This document shows, in pieces, positions 1-9,798 of a stretch of DNA of 64,000 nucleotides. The notes below the pieces were generated by a model. The model was not told the DNA's origin, ran no database searches, and saw nothing but the letters and a program-made list of their open reading frames with translations. The stretch's first letter is position 1; the number at the start of each line of letters is the position of its first letter. Position numbers and translations under genes: made by a program. Origin of the DNA: Candidatus Sumerlaeaceae bacterium (GTDB lineage: Bacteria > Sumerlaeota > Sumerlaeia > Sumerlaeales > Sumerlaeaceae); assembly GCA_051003195.1 (NCBI GenBank), contig JBPCLP010000009.1, positions 150,618 through 214,617 of the forward strand, written 5' to 3'.

Positions 1-462
1 TCTGATTTCGAGGTGATTATCATCGGCGCAGGGAACGCTGGGACTGCCGTAGCGCAAACCTGCGCAGAGGTAGACCTGCCTGCGTGCACCATCGATCCCT
101 CTGCTACAGGCGTGACTTACAGCGGGAGAGGCTTTGTTGCCGGGCCGAACAGCGTAGCCATGCTCAACCCGCAAACAGGCGACGAGACTAAGCTGCTTCA
201 TGCGCCGGTTATCATCATTGCAACGGGAAGCCGCGATGGCATTGCGAACACAGCATTTCTTGGTTTACGAAAGCTCGGAATCGAAACGGACCCCACCACT
301 GGCGGCATCTTTACAGATGCCTATGGCCGAACCACTTGCGCGACTGTTTTCGCGGTTGGCTCCTGCTGTAAACCGCGCCAGGACTCTCCCTCAGCGGCAG
401 CCATTACCGCTGCAATCCTCGCTTTACATCGGGCAGCCGTGATAACGGGCTCATTCGAATGA
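1..462 (+). CDS. FAD-dependent oxidoreductase-like protein (FAD-binding parts only; probably starts just before the window)
   Basis: Frame open from base 1 (SDFEVIIIGAGNAG, a GxGxxG motif), then IIIATGS and 'GGIFTDAYGRTTCATVFAVG', typical of pyridine nucleotide-disulfide oxidoreductases; stop overlaps the bshA start (ATGA). Confidence 0.55.
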   Translation, partial: SDFEVIIIGAGNAGTAVAQTCAEVDLPACTIDPSATGVTYSGRGFVAGPNSVAMLNPQTGDETKLLHAPVIIIATGSRDGIANTAFLGLRKLGIETDPTTGGIFTDAYGRTTCATVFAVGSCCKPRQDSPSAAAITAAILALHRAAVITGSFE

Positions 463-1682
463 CTGAACAGCTCCGCATTGGGATCGCCTGCTTTGCCACC
501 TATGGCGGGAGCGGCGTCGTAGCCACCGAACTCGGCCGCGAAATGGCGCGGGCCGGGCACCGCGTTCATTTTATCAGTAACCAGCTTCCCTTCCGGCTGC
601 AGCAGGGCGAATTCCTCGAAAACGTTTACTACCACGAGACAGTATCCACGACCTACGACGTCATTCCGGCAGCTATGTTTGGATTCGAGATTGCATCGAA
701 GATCACGCAGATCGCCCTCGACGAGAAACTGGATCTGCTGCACGCGCATTACGCCGTGCCACACGCCATCAGCGGCATTACCGCCAAGCAGGTGCTCAAG
801 CCTCGTGAGCTGAAAATTGTGACGACGCTGCATGGAACGGACATCACCCTTGTCGGCCGGCATCCCGCCTTCTTTCCTTTAACTAAATGGGCCATTGAGC
901 AAAGCGACGCAGTAACCACGGTCTCACACTGGTTGCGTGAAGAGACGTTGCGCACCTTCGGGATCGAGAATTCGATCCACGTCATCCACAACTTCGTGGA
1001 TACCACCCGCTTCAGTACGGAGCGGCAGGCGTGTCGCCGCAAACATTTCGCAGCAGACAATGAGAAGATCATCCTGCACGTCTCCAACTTCCGGCCGGTT
1101 AAGCGCCTCGACGACGTAGTCCATGTCTTCGCCCGGATCGCTGAAAGCATGCCTGCCAAGCTGGTGCTGATTGGAGACGGTCCCGAACGCGAGAGAACCC
1201 TGGAGCTCGCACGACGCCTCGGCGTAATGGACCGCACACATTTTCTAGGTAAACAAAATCTTATCGAACACTATTACGCGATTGCCGACCTGCTTCTCTT
1301 TCCGAGTGAGTACGAAAGCTTTGGCATCACTGCCCTTGAAGCCATGAGCGCCAGCCTGCCTGTCGTGGCGACGACTGGTAGCGGGCTATCCGAGGTTGTC
1401 GAAGAGGGAGTGACCGGCTTTCTGCGTCCGGTTGGCGATGTACCTGCGTTGGCCGAAGCCTGCCAACGTATATTGCAGGACGACGCGCTTGCAGTGCGCA
1501 TGGGCCAGGCTGGGCGTCGCCGCGCCGAGCAGTGCTTCCAGGCGAAAGCAATCGCTCAGAGCTATTTGGATCTATACCGCTCAGTCATGAATGGCGTAAA
1601 ATACCCGCCGCCCGCTCCCTGCAAGCCCGAACCGGCCGTCGTCCAGACGGTTCCGATCTCATCCAGTTCCTTGATTATTTAG
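459..1682 (+). CDS. bshA: N-acetyl-alpha-D-glucosaminyl L-malate synthase (bacillithiol biosynthesis, GT4)
   Basis: [43 protein letters not shown] and ESFG-x-x-ALEAM motifs. Confidence 0.9.
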   Translation: MTEQLRIGIACFATYGGSGVVATELGREMARAGHRVHFISNQLPFRLQQGEFLENVYYHETVSTTYDVIPAAMFGFEIASKITQIALDEKLDLLHAHYAVPHAISGITAKQVLKPRELKIVTTLHGTDITLVGRHPAFFPLTKWAIEQSDAVTTVSHWLREETLRTFGIENSIHVIHNFVDTTRFSTERQACRRKHFAADNEKIILHVSNFRPVKRLDDVVHVFARIAESMPAKLVLIGDGPERERTLELARRLGVMDRTHFLGKQNLIEHYYAIADLLLFPSEYESFGITALEAMSASLPVVATTGSGLSEVVEEGVTGFLRPVGDVPALAEACQRILQDDALAVRMGQAGRRRAEQCFQAKAIAQSYLDLYRSVMNGVKYPPPAPCKPEPAVVQTVPISSSSLII

Positions 1683-3945
1683 GCGACACCCGCACAGCAT
1701 TTAACTCACTCCCAGTGGCGATCAAAAGCAGATCGCCCGCTGTGCCGGTTCCTCCCAGCCATGCAATTTCTGGCCGAAGCCCCTGTGCCGCGATGGTTGC
1801 CACAACGTTGCCGGTTTTCACATCCAGCACGTGAATCGCGCCGCCGCGCATCGCTACCGCAATGCGGTTTTCGTCTGGCGACAACTCCGCCGCGTCCACC
1901 GCAGCACGTGAGTTCGTCGAGAGGGGAGTGGACCACTTCGATTTCCCCTCCATATCGACCGCTCCCATCCCCTCGCCACCCTTCGTTGTACCGGCTGCCA
2001 TGATCAACGTGGGCGATGTGCGCGTCACCCGTGCAATGGTAGCGAACACCTTTGGATCCCATTTCCCGTAGACTGCGCCCGTGCTGCTGAAATCGTGTAC
2101 CTTACCATCCGTACTTGTCGCGAGCACGTGAAGATTCCCGTCGCTGCTCATCCGGGCCGAATCTACATGCGTCGCCTTTCCAAACTTTTCCGCGTTCCAA
2201 AGCTTCGAGCCATCGTTCTTCAGCACCTGGAGAGCCGGAGCCGAATTCGCTGCAATCAGCACCTCTTCGCGTCCGTCGCCATCCACGTCTGCCGCCGCGA
2301 CTTCGCTGATGCCTTCCGCGACGGCCGCGCTCCACTTTTCATTACCCGTCGCATCGAATGCGGACAGCGAGCGCCCCCATGACTGGTACCCCAGCAATGC
2401 GGGTTTGCCTTCGCTCTGTAACACCCGTAATGTAGAAACGGCAGCCGGAAGCTTAAACTCGCCTTTGCGCTTTCCATCCTGAGAAAGCTGGACACCCTCG
2501 CCTTTGAGATTGGCTGCAAAAATAACCGAGGCAGTCGTATCCGCGGCTACTGCTGTCCACGGGCCATCAAGTTTCCAGGCCAGTACCACACCCATCGATG
2601 TTAACGCGTCGGGCGCGGTCTTCGTCTTCTTCACGTCCGGCGTCGCCTTCTCGTCTCCTTTCTCTTCGTTAGGTTTTTCAGGCGCTTGCGCACCCGACGT
2701 TAATGCGGCCACAGTCTCGCTCGTGGCCAGTATTTTGCCCGCCAAGAGGTCTTCGATCTCTTTCTTTAACTGCGGCTTCATGTCGGGCCCAAACCCTACA
2801 TGTACCACCTGCACCGTGCCGTCCCTGCCAATCAGCACAGTCTGTGGAATTCCTTCCACTTTGTACTTTTCCATCACATCGCCTTCTTTATCCATGGCGA
2901 CCGGGATGGTCAGTTTCGCTTCCCGCAGAAATTCGCGAACGTCGCTCTCCTCCTCCTTCACATCCACTGCGAAGAACTCGACCCCGCTGCTCTTCAGCTC
3001 CATCGCAGTGGACGAAACAATGGGCAGCGCCATGCGGCACGGACCGCACCAGGTCGCCCAGAAGTCGAGTACGACTACTTTGCCCTTCAGCGCCGCCAGT
3101 TCAACTTCGCCGCCCTCCAGCAGCGGCAGCTTGAACTCCGGGGCCGGCTTCGCCAGTAACTTATGTGCGGGTTCGCTTCTCGGCCCGGTTGGCTTTTCGA
3201 CCTTCGCGCCAACGGGCGGCACGAAGGCGAATGCATCCGCCGGCAACTCGGCTCCCAGCTTCCATCCGACAAATGTGATCTCCCCCGTGAATCGCCGATC
3301 ATCCTTCGTTGCGACGCCCGCAACCATGATCGAGGTCAAATCCGCCGTTACCCGCAGTGGCAGGGGCACCTCGCCGGTCGATAACCACAAATCCCATTTC
3401 AGGTCGTCCTGGCTGAACTGCAGATGTTCCGCCGCTTCGCCCGGGACGATCTCTCGGCCCACATACTTCAATGCGGTAACGTCCTTCATCAGGGCCTCAT
3501 AGGACGACTTCCCGAGCAACTCCCCGATAAAGGACATGGGGTCCCGCAGCAGGCCGGTCACGCCGCCCGGTGATGCATCGAACACCGGCTGAAGTTCCGG
3601 CGGCGCGGGCTCGGATTTGAACGTGTTGCGGGCCATATTGTAGCGGGTCAGCGTTGTCCCATCGGTGATGACCGTGCCACCCAGGTACTGACTATCGCTA
3701 CGCACAGCCAGTTTATTTGGGCGCTCCAGCGCAATATTGCAGGTGGTGCTCATATCCTGCAGCATCCCCCTGGTTTGCATGCGCGCGAGCGCGTACGCCT
3801 GCACCTGCAACCGCGGCGGCGCGGCAAGTGCCCGCGACATCCCCTGCAGAAGCTGGTCGGCTTTCGAGTCAATCTGTGCCGAATTGTCGGCCGCAAAGCA
3901 GCCCATGGAGCTGAATAGCATCACGACTAGGAATGGCCGAATCAT
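1675..3945 (-). CDS. Exported DUF2092-like / TlpA-family thioredoxin / beta-propeller fusion protein
   Basis: Signal peptide (MIRPFLVVMLFSSMGCFAA); DUF2092-like region (ERPNKL, DLKWDLWL); VVVLDFWATWCGPC redoxin motif; C-terminal propeller-like repeats (DVDGDGREEV). Confidence 0.75.
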   Translation of the reverse strand: MIRPFLVVMLFSSMGCFAADNSAQIDSKADQLLQGMSRALAAPPRLQVQAYALARMQTRGMLQDMSTTCNIALERPNKLAVRSDSQYLGGTVITDGTTLTRYNMARNTFKSEPAPPELQPVFDASPGGVTGLLRDPMSFIGELLGKSSYEALMKDVTALKYVGREIVPGEAAEHLQFSQDDLKWDLWLSTGEVPLPLRVTADLTSIMVAGVATKDDRRFTGEITFVGWKLGAELPADAFAFVPPVGAKVEKPTGPRSEPAHKLLAKPAPEFKLPLLEGGEVELAALKGKVVVLDFWATWCGPCRMALPIVSSTAMELKSSGVEFFAVDVKEEESDVREFLREAKLTIPVAMDKEGDVMEKYKVEGIPQTVLIGRDGTVQVVHVGFGPDMKPQLKKEIEDLLAGKILATSETVAALTSGAQAPEKPNEEKGDEKATPDVKKTKTAPDALTSMGVVLAWKLDGPWTAVAADTTASVIFAANLKGEGVQLSQDGKRKGEFKLPAAVSTLRVLQSEGKPALLGYQSWGRSLSAFDATGNEKWSAAVAEGISEVAAADVDGDGREEVLIAANSAPALQVLKNDGSKLWNAEKFGKATHVDSARMSSDGNLHVLATSTDGKVHDFSSTGAVYGKWDPKVFATIARVTRTSPTLIMAAGTTKGGEGMGAVDMEGKSKWSTPLSTNSRAAVDAAELSPDENRIAVAMRGGAIHVLDVKTGNVVATIAAQGLRPEIAWLGGTGTAGDLLLIATGSELNAVRVSPK

Positions 3946-4021
3946 TGATTTGCTTTCATGAACTTTTCCCGACGTTCTCGCTTGCAGATCTGAAGCAGAC
4001 AATCGGAAACGGCGGAGTTAA

Positions 4022-4450
4022 ATGATGCCCAGTATATTTACACAGATTATAAACGGTGAACTGCCGGGACGCTTCGTCTGGAAAGATGACGAGGTCGTCG
4101 CCTTCCTAACGACAGCCCCGATGAATCCGGGGCACACTCTGGTCGTTCCGCGCCAGGAAATCGACTACTGGATCGACATGCCGGCCGCACTTGCGGCACA
4201 GGTAATGGAGGTGGCTCAAACCGTTAGCCGCGCAATACAGCAGGCCTTTGATCCAGAAAAGGTCGGGCTGATAGTTGCCGGTCTTGAAGTCAGGCATGTA
4301 CACCTGCACCTGGTTCCGATCAACGCGATCAGCGATCTTAATTTCGATCGCCAGGACAAGACGGTCACGCCGGAGATTCTCGACAAGAACGCCGACTCGA
4401 TACGCAGTGTATTGCGCGACCTCGGCTTTGCTGCACAAGCGACCGGTTAG
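4022..4450 (+). CDS. HIT family protein
   Basis: SIFTQII, PGHTLVVP and HVHLH histidine triad. Confidence 0.9.
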   Translation: MMPSIFTQIINGELPGRFVWKDDEVVAFLTTAPMNPGHTLVVPRQEIDYWIDMPAALAAQVMEVAQTVSRAIQQAFDPEKVGLIVAGLEVRHVHLHLVPINAISDLNFDRQDKTVTPEILDKNADSIRSVLRDLGFAAQATG

Positions 4451-4570
4451 TCGCATGGGCTTGCCCTCAGGCACGCTGTACGCTCACATTATGGTAAAAG
4501 ATGTGCTACGGTCGGTTGGGCTCTTGCAGTTAAACGTAGCGCACCCACGCGGTTTCGATCTGCGAGCCGG

Positions 4571-5266
4571 CTAGTGCTCGGGTTCAATAACCGCGAAGTT
4601 CCCGTCCTTGCGTCGATAAACGACGTTCATTATCCCGGTATCTTCGTTAATAAAGCAGAAGAAGTTCTCGTCCTTAAAGAAAAGTTCCTCCGCCGCTTCG
4701 TTTACGTCCATCCTGTCGACGACATGCCGTTCGCTCGGGAACACTCGGACGTTGAGCTTCTCCAGCATGGCTGGCGGAGTCCGCGCGTCTCCATTGCCCC
4801 GCCTGCGCGATTCACCGCCGAGGTCCCGCTTATCTCTAGCCCCGGCGCGAGTCGGCAGCGCGCCAACGGATGGCCTTTTCAGTGCAGCGACACGCCCCAC
4901 AGGGCGTGCGTCCATCCCGGCTTCCGGCCCGGAAAGATCCGCTTTTTTTGCGTTCCGGTTCGCCAGCGTCATGTCCTTCTTTTTGCCTTTTAGTTTTTCC
5001 CACTTTTTCTTAAGCTGCACCTCCACCTTATCCACAAGCAGGTCGAAAGCTCGCATTGCATCATGGTCGCGGTGCTTTGCGTTTACCTCCACAGGGCCGC
5101 TCTTCAGTCTTAACTCCGCAACGATCTGGTTCCCGTCGCGCTCCAGCACAATATCCAGCATCTGGATGCGGTCCGTGTACTTCTGCAGCCGCGGTATTTT
5201 CCCTTCGATGTAGGCACGCATATCGTTCGTGATCTTCAACTGGTGTCCGGTTATGCGAGTGGCCAT
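4571..5266 (-). CDS. hpf: Ribosome hibernation promoting factor (long HPF/RaiA, with S30AE C-terminal domain)
   Basis: ITGHQLKIT...YIEGKIPRLQKY N-domain; MDVNEAAEEL...NVVYRRKDGNFAVIEP C-domain; GGGAGAG SD before the ATG at 5266. Confidence 0.85.
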   Translation of the reverse strand: MATRITGHQLKITNDMRAYIEGKIPRLQKYTDRIQMLDIVLERDGNQIVAELRLKSGPVEVNAKHRDHDAMRAFDLLVDKVEVQLKKKWEKLKGKKKDMTLANRNAKKADLSGPEAGMDARPVGRVAALKRPSVGALPTRAGARDKRDLGGESRRRGNGDARTPPAMLEKLNVRVFPSERHVVDRMDVNEAAEELFFKDENFFCFINEDTGIMNVVYRRKDGNFAVIEPEH

Positions 5267-5476
5267 GCGGTCTCTCCCAGTCTGCCGCGGACTGCGACAG
5301 CTCATGTAGAATTGTTACATCGCTGTATTTCGAAACAAAGTCGATGCCAGCGTGCAAAGCTCTGCCAAATTCTGGCTGCTTAACTGCATCAACGCCGCCC
5401 GAAAACTCCCTGCCACCTTTATTTACACGCAAACCCTGTTGATTCTGCATTTTGCCGGCAGGCGAAGTCGGCACCT

Positions 5477-6439
5477 ATGCGATTTCAATGCCTTCAACAG
5501 GTGATCTCTTCAAGCTGCCGAATACTGGTACTGGCTGCGCTATGTGCCTTATGCGTCCCGCTACGGGGGCAGTCGGTCACGACCTCGAGCAAAGCCACAG
5601 GTGCGTCGAGTGCACAGCGTCAACAGGGCTCTACCCTGACAGTCGCGCTTGTTGGCGAGCGCCCACTGGTAGCGGCGAACAGGAAGAAGCATGTCGACCT
5701 GCTTGCCATCACCACGCATACGCTTGGCCTCGATGTTCACGATTTCACAACCAACGCGCAGGTTCTCGAAGAAATCGCGCGCGAAAGCGCACCAGTCATA
5801 AGCCTGAAGCCAACGATTGTCATCGTGTTTGCCGGCGCTGCGGACGAAAAGCTGGGTACGGACGACGATCGACAACAGGATTGGTTAAAGAGCATCGTGA
5901 ACTCTTTCACCAGCGTTGCCACGCGCGTCTACATTGTTCCGTCCAGTCCTTCCATCGGCACGCTTACCGCCGCCAACCTGCGACTCGCGGCTTCCAGTAC
6001 TGGCGCGACCTTTATTGAAACCGGTAGCCAGATCTCGGGCAAGCCTTATGAGGAGGCATTCCAGGCAATCCGAGGTGCAGAGCAGAATCCGGCTCCCACT
6101 GCAACACCCGCGACTTTGACTGAACGTCTGCCGCAGCCGCGCTTAGCCCTGCCTCCCCTCGACGAAACGACACAATCGCAGAGCAGCGAGCCCAAAGGCA
6201 TCTTTGTTGCCCCGACGCCTGCCAGCCCTGACGAACTGGTTCATAAACCCGCAACTGGAGCAGAACAAAAGGCTGCAGATGCCGAGACGACCGGACGGCG
6301 CACGGTAACAAAACGCGGCGCGGAAGCCGAGCCTGCCATCATCCCCATGAAGCCGCTACCTGCATTGAAAAGCTTCTCACCCAAACGGCCCGTTCCGCGC
6401 AAGAACACCGACAAGAAGGCCCCGGAAATGGCGCGGTAG
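5477..6439 (+). CDS. Exported hypothetical protein (SGNH-like fold, Pro/Ala-rich tail)
   Basis: Hydrophobic signal-like N-terminus; 'KPTIVIVFAG' resembles SGNH block III but catalytic motifs are not evident. Confidence 0.55.
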   Translation: MRFQCLQQVISSSCRILVLAALCALCVPLRGQSVTTSSKATGASSAQRQQGSTLTVALVGERPLVAANRKKHVDLLAITTHTLGLDVHDFTTNAQVLEEIARESAPVISLKPTIVIVFAGAADEKLGTDDDRQQDWLKSIVNSFTSVATRVYIVPSSPSIGTLTAANLRLAASSTGATFIETGSQISGKPYEEAFQAIRGAEQNPAPTATPATLTERLPQPRLALPPLDETTQSQSSEPKGIFVAPTPASPDELVHKPATGAEQKAADAETTGRRTVTKRGAEAEPAIIPMKPLPALKSFSPKRPVPRKNTDKKAPEMAR

Positions 6440-6536
6440 CGCGAGCACGTGGGCAGCTATAGCGCGGCAGCACAGCCTTTCTCAGTCATCCTCAGTATTG
6501 CGAATACGATCTCGCAGGACTTTGTGACGTTGAACA

Positions 6537-7718
6537 ATGCCTCTTTCGACTGAACAGTACTCTCGTTACGCTCGCCACCTGACACTGCCTGAGGTCGGCC
6601 TGGAAGGCCAGGAGAAGCTGTTGACCTCGCGCGTTCTCGCAGTCGGAGCGGGCGGGCTCGGCAGTCCCGCCCTGCTTTATCTTGCGGCAGCGGGAGTCGG
6701 AACCATCGGCATTGTCGATTTCGACGTGGTCGACGTGAGCAACCTTCAGCGTCAGGTTGTGCACTCGACAGGGGACGTCGGCCGTCCCAAGCTCGACAGC
6801 GCGGCGGACCGCCTGCGCGGCCTGAACCCCGATGTGAAGATCGTACCCCATCATGAACGTCTAACCAGCGCAAACGCGATGCAGATCATTCCGAACTACG
6901 ACGTGCTGCTGGACGGCTGCGACAATTTCGCGACACGCTACCTGACCAACGACGCATGTGTGCTTCTGAAAAAGCCCAACATCTTCGGAAGCGTGTACGG
7001 CTTTGAGGGACAATCGAGTGTGTTCTGGCCTGCCGGTCCGCAGGGTGGGCCATGCTACCGGTGTCTCTTTCCGGAGCCACCGCCGCCGGGCAGTGTCCCC
7101 AGCTGCGCCGAGGGCGGAGTGCTTGGCGTTCTGCCGGGCTTGATTGGGCTCATACAGGCCACCGAAACGATCAAGATTCTGCTTGGCCATGGTGAGACAC
7201 TGGCAGGGCGGCTTCTTCTTTACGATGCGATGGCGATGTCGTTTCGGACCGTTCGCGTGCGGCGAAACCTGCAGTGCCCTGTGTGTGGCGATAATCCAGG
7301 CATTACCCAGTTAATCGACTACGAACACTTCTGCGGCGCTGCCGCTGCGGCGAAGGCAGGTGCCCAACCAACGGGAGGACCAGCATTGGAAGAGATTACG
7401 CTTGAGGACCTGAAGCGCCGCATCGACGCCGGCGAAAAGCTGAACATCATCGACGTACGAAACCCTGACGAAAACGCTGGCGGCTCCCTTCCCGGAGCCC
7501 GGCTTATTCCGTTGCCCGAATTGCCTCGGCGCCTTGGTGAGCTCGACTCACTGCGCGACCAGGAAATTATTCTTCACTGCCAGAAAGGCGGACGCAGCGC
7601 CAAGGCCTGTGAGATTTTACAATCCGCCGGTTTCAAAAGGCCCGTGAATCTTAAAGGCGGTTACTCAGCATGGCAGAAAGCATCAGCGGCGTGGCAGAAA
7701 TCTGCGGCCACAGATTAG
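6537..7718 (+). CDS. moeB: MoeB/ThiF family adenylyltransferase with C-terminal rhodanese (MoeZ type)
   Basis: RYARHL, GAGGLG, SNLQRQ, CYRC, CAEGGVLG, CPVCG; rhodanese IIDVR...HCQKGGRS. Confidence 0.9.
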   Translation: MPLSTEQYSRYARHLTLPEVGLEGQEKLLTSRVLAVGAGGLGSPALLYLAAAGVGTIGIVDFDVVDVSNLQRQVVHSTGDVGRPKLDSAADRLRGLNPDVKIVPHHERLTSANAMQIIPNYDVLLDGCDNFATRYLTNDACVLLKKPNIFGSVYGFEGQSSVFWPAGPQGGPCYRCLFPEPPPPGSVPSCAEGGVLGVLPGLIGLIQATETIKILLGHGETLAGRLLLYDAMAMSFRTVRVRRNLQCPVCGDNPGITQLIDYEHFCGAAAAAKAGAQPTGGPALEEITLEDLKRRIDAGEKLNIIDVRNPDENAGGSLPGARLIPLPELPRRLGELDSLRDQEIILHCQKGGRSAKACEILQSAGFKRPVNLKGGYSAWQKASAAWQKSAATD

Positions 7719-7760
7719 CTGAATGATTTCCAATCTCCGTGGCGCTGTGATTAACCAGGC

Positions 7761-8465
7761 ATGAATTCCATCGCTGAAAGCCTTCATGCTGTCCGGCACC
7801 GCATCGCGGCCGCGGCCGACCGCGCTGCACGGCACCCGAATGAAATAACGCTTGTCGCGGTGACAAAGACCCATCCCGTAGATGTGATGCTTCAAGCGGT
7901 CGTAGCCGGCGTGACCGACGTGGGCGAGAACCGCGTGCAGGAAGCGCTCGACAAAAAACGCGGCATGGAAGCGGCCGGCGCAGGCCTGCGTTGGCATTTG
8001 ATCGGACACCTGCAAACCAACAAAGCGAAGTCAGCAATCGAGCACTTTGACCTCATCCACTCCGTCGATTCACTCGCACTCGCACAGGCGTTAAACAAGC
8101 ACGCCTCCGTCGCGGATAAGGTCCAATCGATCCTGCTGCAATTCAACGTCTCCGGCGAGGACACAAAATTCGGTGCCAATCCCCGCAACGCCCATGAGCT
8201 CACTACACAAGTTCTCCAGACGTGTCCCAGTCTACGCATCGACGGTTTCATGACCATGGCCCCGTTCAGCGACAACCCCGAAGACGCGCGCCCGCACTTC
8301 CGCGCATTGCGTGAGGTTGCACAAACGCTGCGCACCGAATTCCAGAATGCGCCTAACTTCCCAGCAACGCATCTCTCCATGGGAATGACCGGCGACTTCG
8401 AAGTCGCCATCGAAGAGGGCGCAACCATCGTCCGCATCGGCAGCGCCATTTTTGGAGGCAGGTAG
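7761..8465 (+). CDS. yggS: PLP homeostasis protein YggS
   Basis: LVAVTKT, GENRVQE, WHLIGHLQTNK, LSMGMT, VRIGSAIFG. Confidence 0.95.
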   Translation: MNSIAESLHAVRHRIAAAADRAARHPNEITLVAVTKTHPVDVMLQAVVAGVTDVGENRVQEALDKKRGMEAAGAGLRWHLIGHLQTNKAKSAIEHFDLIHSVDSLALAQALNKHASVADKVQSILLQFNVSGEDTKFGANPRNAHELTTQVLQTCPSLRIDGFMTMAPFSDNPEDARPHFRALREVAQTLRTEFQNAPNFPATHLSMGMTGDFEVAIEEGATIVRIGSAIFGGR

Positions 8466-8571
8466 TGGAAGTGGATAACTGAAACCACTGCCGACCACTC
8501 TCGGGCTACTCTTCGCCTATATTGTCTGACGAAATGCGAGTGAAGCTAGTGAAAGCGCTACTCACTGCCTT

Positions 8572-8601
8572 TAGCCAGGATCTGTCCTTCGGCTAGTTTT
8601 T
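8572..8601 (+). terminator. Possible intrinsic terminator after yggS
   Basis: TAGCC-AGGA-tctg-TCCT-tc-GGCTA hairpin followed by GTTTTT. Confidence 0.45.
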
Positions 8602-8616
8602 GGAAAAGAAAAAATA

Positions 8617-8794
8617 GCTCCCCGCAGAAGTAAATCCCGGTGGGGCCGCGGAAGTAGTACCGGTCACCATGTAGCCAGCCGGCACACCGTTGGCAGCCGT
8701 ATCAGCCGATCGCGCCGTGACCCCAAAGGGAACCGAATCTGCGTCCCTTCCAGGGAATTCCGGATGATGACAATCGCGTTTTTCGAGTCGGAGC
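8617..8794. ncRNA. Candidate structured non-coding RNA, family unidentified
   Basis: ORF-free segment between two terminator-like hairpins, with nested complementary pairs GCTCC/GGAGC, ATCCCGG/CCGGAT, TGGGG/CCCCA and GGTCAC/GTGACC. Confidence 0.3.
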
Positions 8795-8798
8795 GCCG

Positions 8799-8830
8799 AA
8801 AAGAGACCCGGCTCCGGGATCCGTGTTTTT
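8799..8830. terminator. Probable bidirectional intrinsic terminator
   Basis: AAAAGA-GACCCG-GCTC-CGGGATC-CGTGTTTTT between convergent units. Confidence 0.5.
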
Positions 8831-8846
8831 GAGGTGTGTGCGGACG

Positions 8847-9515
8847 CTAGAAAGTGCCCGCCGATTTGACCTTCACTTTCCGCAGCGTGAAGCTTTCATT
8901 ACAGGACGTTTTAGCCTTATCGGTGACCGTTACGAAACCCTCGCCGGATAATTGGAGAAAGCTCGTTGAAGTTCCAGAGTCGAACAGCAGTTGCACCACG
9001 GCGGAGTCGAGAGACGTCGTGCCAACCGGTCCGTTTGTGTAAAACAGGGAAGCTCCGGCGCTCTCGAAGAAGTTTGGTGTCACTGCGCGAACACTCACTT
9101 TGGGGTTGCCGTTCTTCCAGGTAACAAGCGCGTCGAGTACCATCGTTCTAGTTCCGCCCAGGGTGACAATGATCGTCCGGAATCGAGCTTGTGTGTCGCC
9201 TGCCTCGTAGTTGGGGTCGTCGCCCAGTGCTTTGCGGACTTCAAACGCACCGGCATTAATGGTAACACTTGTGTTCTCGTTGAAACTATCCGTTGGTATC
9301 GTGCCCGGATGTATGATGCGGAGTTGAAGCGTTCCTGCGGCGGATTTCGTACAGGTAGTTCCACCTGGGGTGGTGGTGGTCACGATTCGATCCGAGAAAG
9401 ATTCCTTTAGAATGAACCCACCCGGTGCCGCAGATAGATTGGCCGCACAGAGCAGAAGCATACTGCACACTAAAGTTAGCCGACACCATAATGCCGACGA
9501 GACAACGAGCTGCAT
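8847..9515 (-). CDS. Secreted hypothetical protein
   Basis: GGAGG SD before ATG 9515; signal peptide ending ANLSA; beta-rich, Lys-rich C-terminus. Confidence 0.7.
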   Translation of the reverse strand: MQLVVSSALWCRLTLVCSMLLLCAANLSAAPGGFILKESFSDRIVTTTTPGGTTCTKSAAGTLQLRIIHPGTIPTDSFNENTSVTINAGAFEVRKALGDDPNYEAGDTQARFRTIIVTLGGTRTMVLDALVTWKNGNPKVSVRAVTPNFFESAGASLFYTNGPVGTTSLDSAVVQLLFDSGTSTSFLQLSGEGFVTVTDKAKTSCNESFTLRKVKVKSAGTF

Positions 9516-9798
9516 GATCAAACCTCCGGAGGCAGTGCACTTCAGAACCTGCCGCCGAAACACACCGGTTTTCGACAAAATGCAAGGCCAGTGTACAGTT
9601 CGACGCAAAACTGCTCGCAACCTATAGATTTAGACGCCGCCCTGTCCACGAAGGGGAGACGCGCTCCATGCTTCGACGTGCGGGGCTGGTCTGCCGGTAG
9701 CAGCAGCTCAGCCAATCAGGCACAGGCGTTGCATGGGGTTTCCACAAACGCGTGGTTTCTGTGTGATCCGCAGAAGCTGTGAACGAGGGAGAACGGCC

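Noticed and set aside
2504..3502. Long antisense or alternate-frame ORFs (also 37995-39128, 27131-28042, 12811-13602, 41365-42240)
   Set aside because: Shadows of well-supported genes in GC-rich DNA, with no motifs.
5337..5350. AAAGTCGATGCCAG resembles part of the raiA-motif RNA as I recall it, next to hpf/raiA
   Set aside because: It is on the strand opposite to hpf and the rest of the motif is not recognisable; likely chance, though cmscan would settle it.
5334..5367. Sigma-54-like promoter upstream of hpf (- strand TGGCAGAGCTTTGCA; TGGCATCGACTTTGTT)
   Set aside because: The first has 9-nt instead of 10-nt GG-GC spacing; the second lacks the -12 GC.
7666..7710. SAWQKA-SAAWQKS duplication at the MoeZ C-terminus
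   Set aside because: Small local duplication with no evident function.
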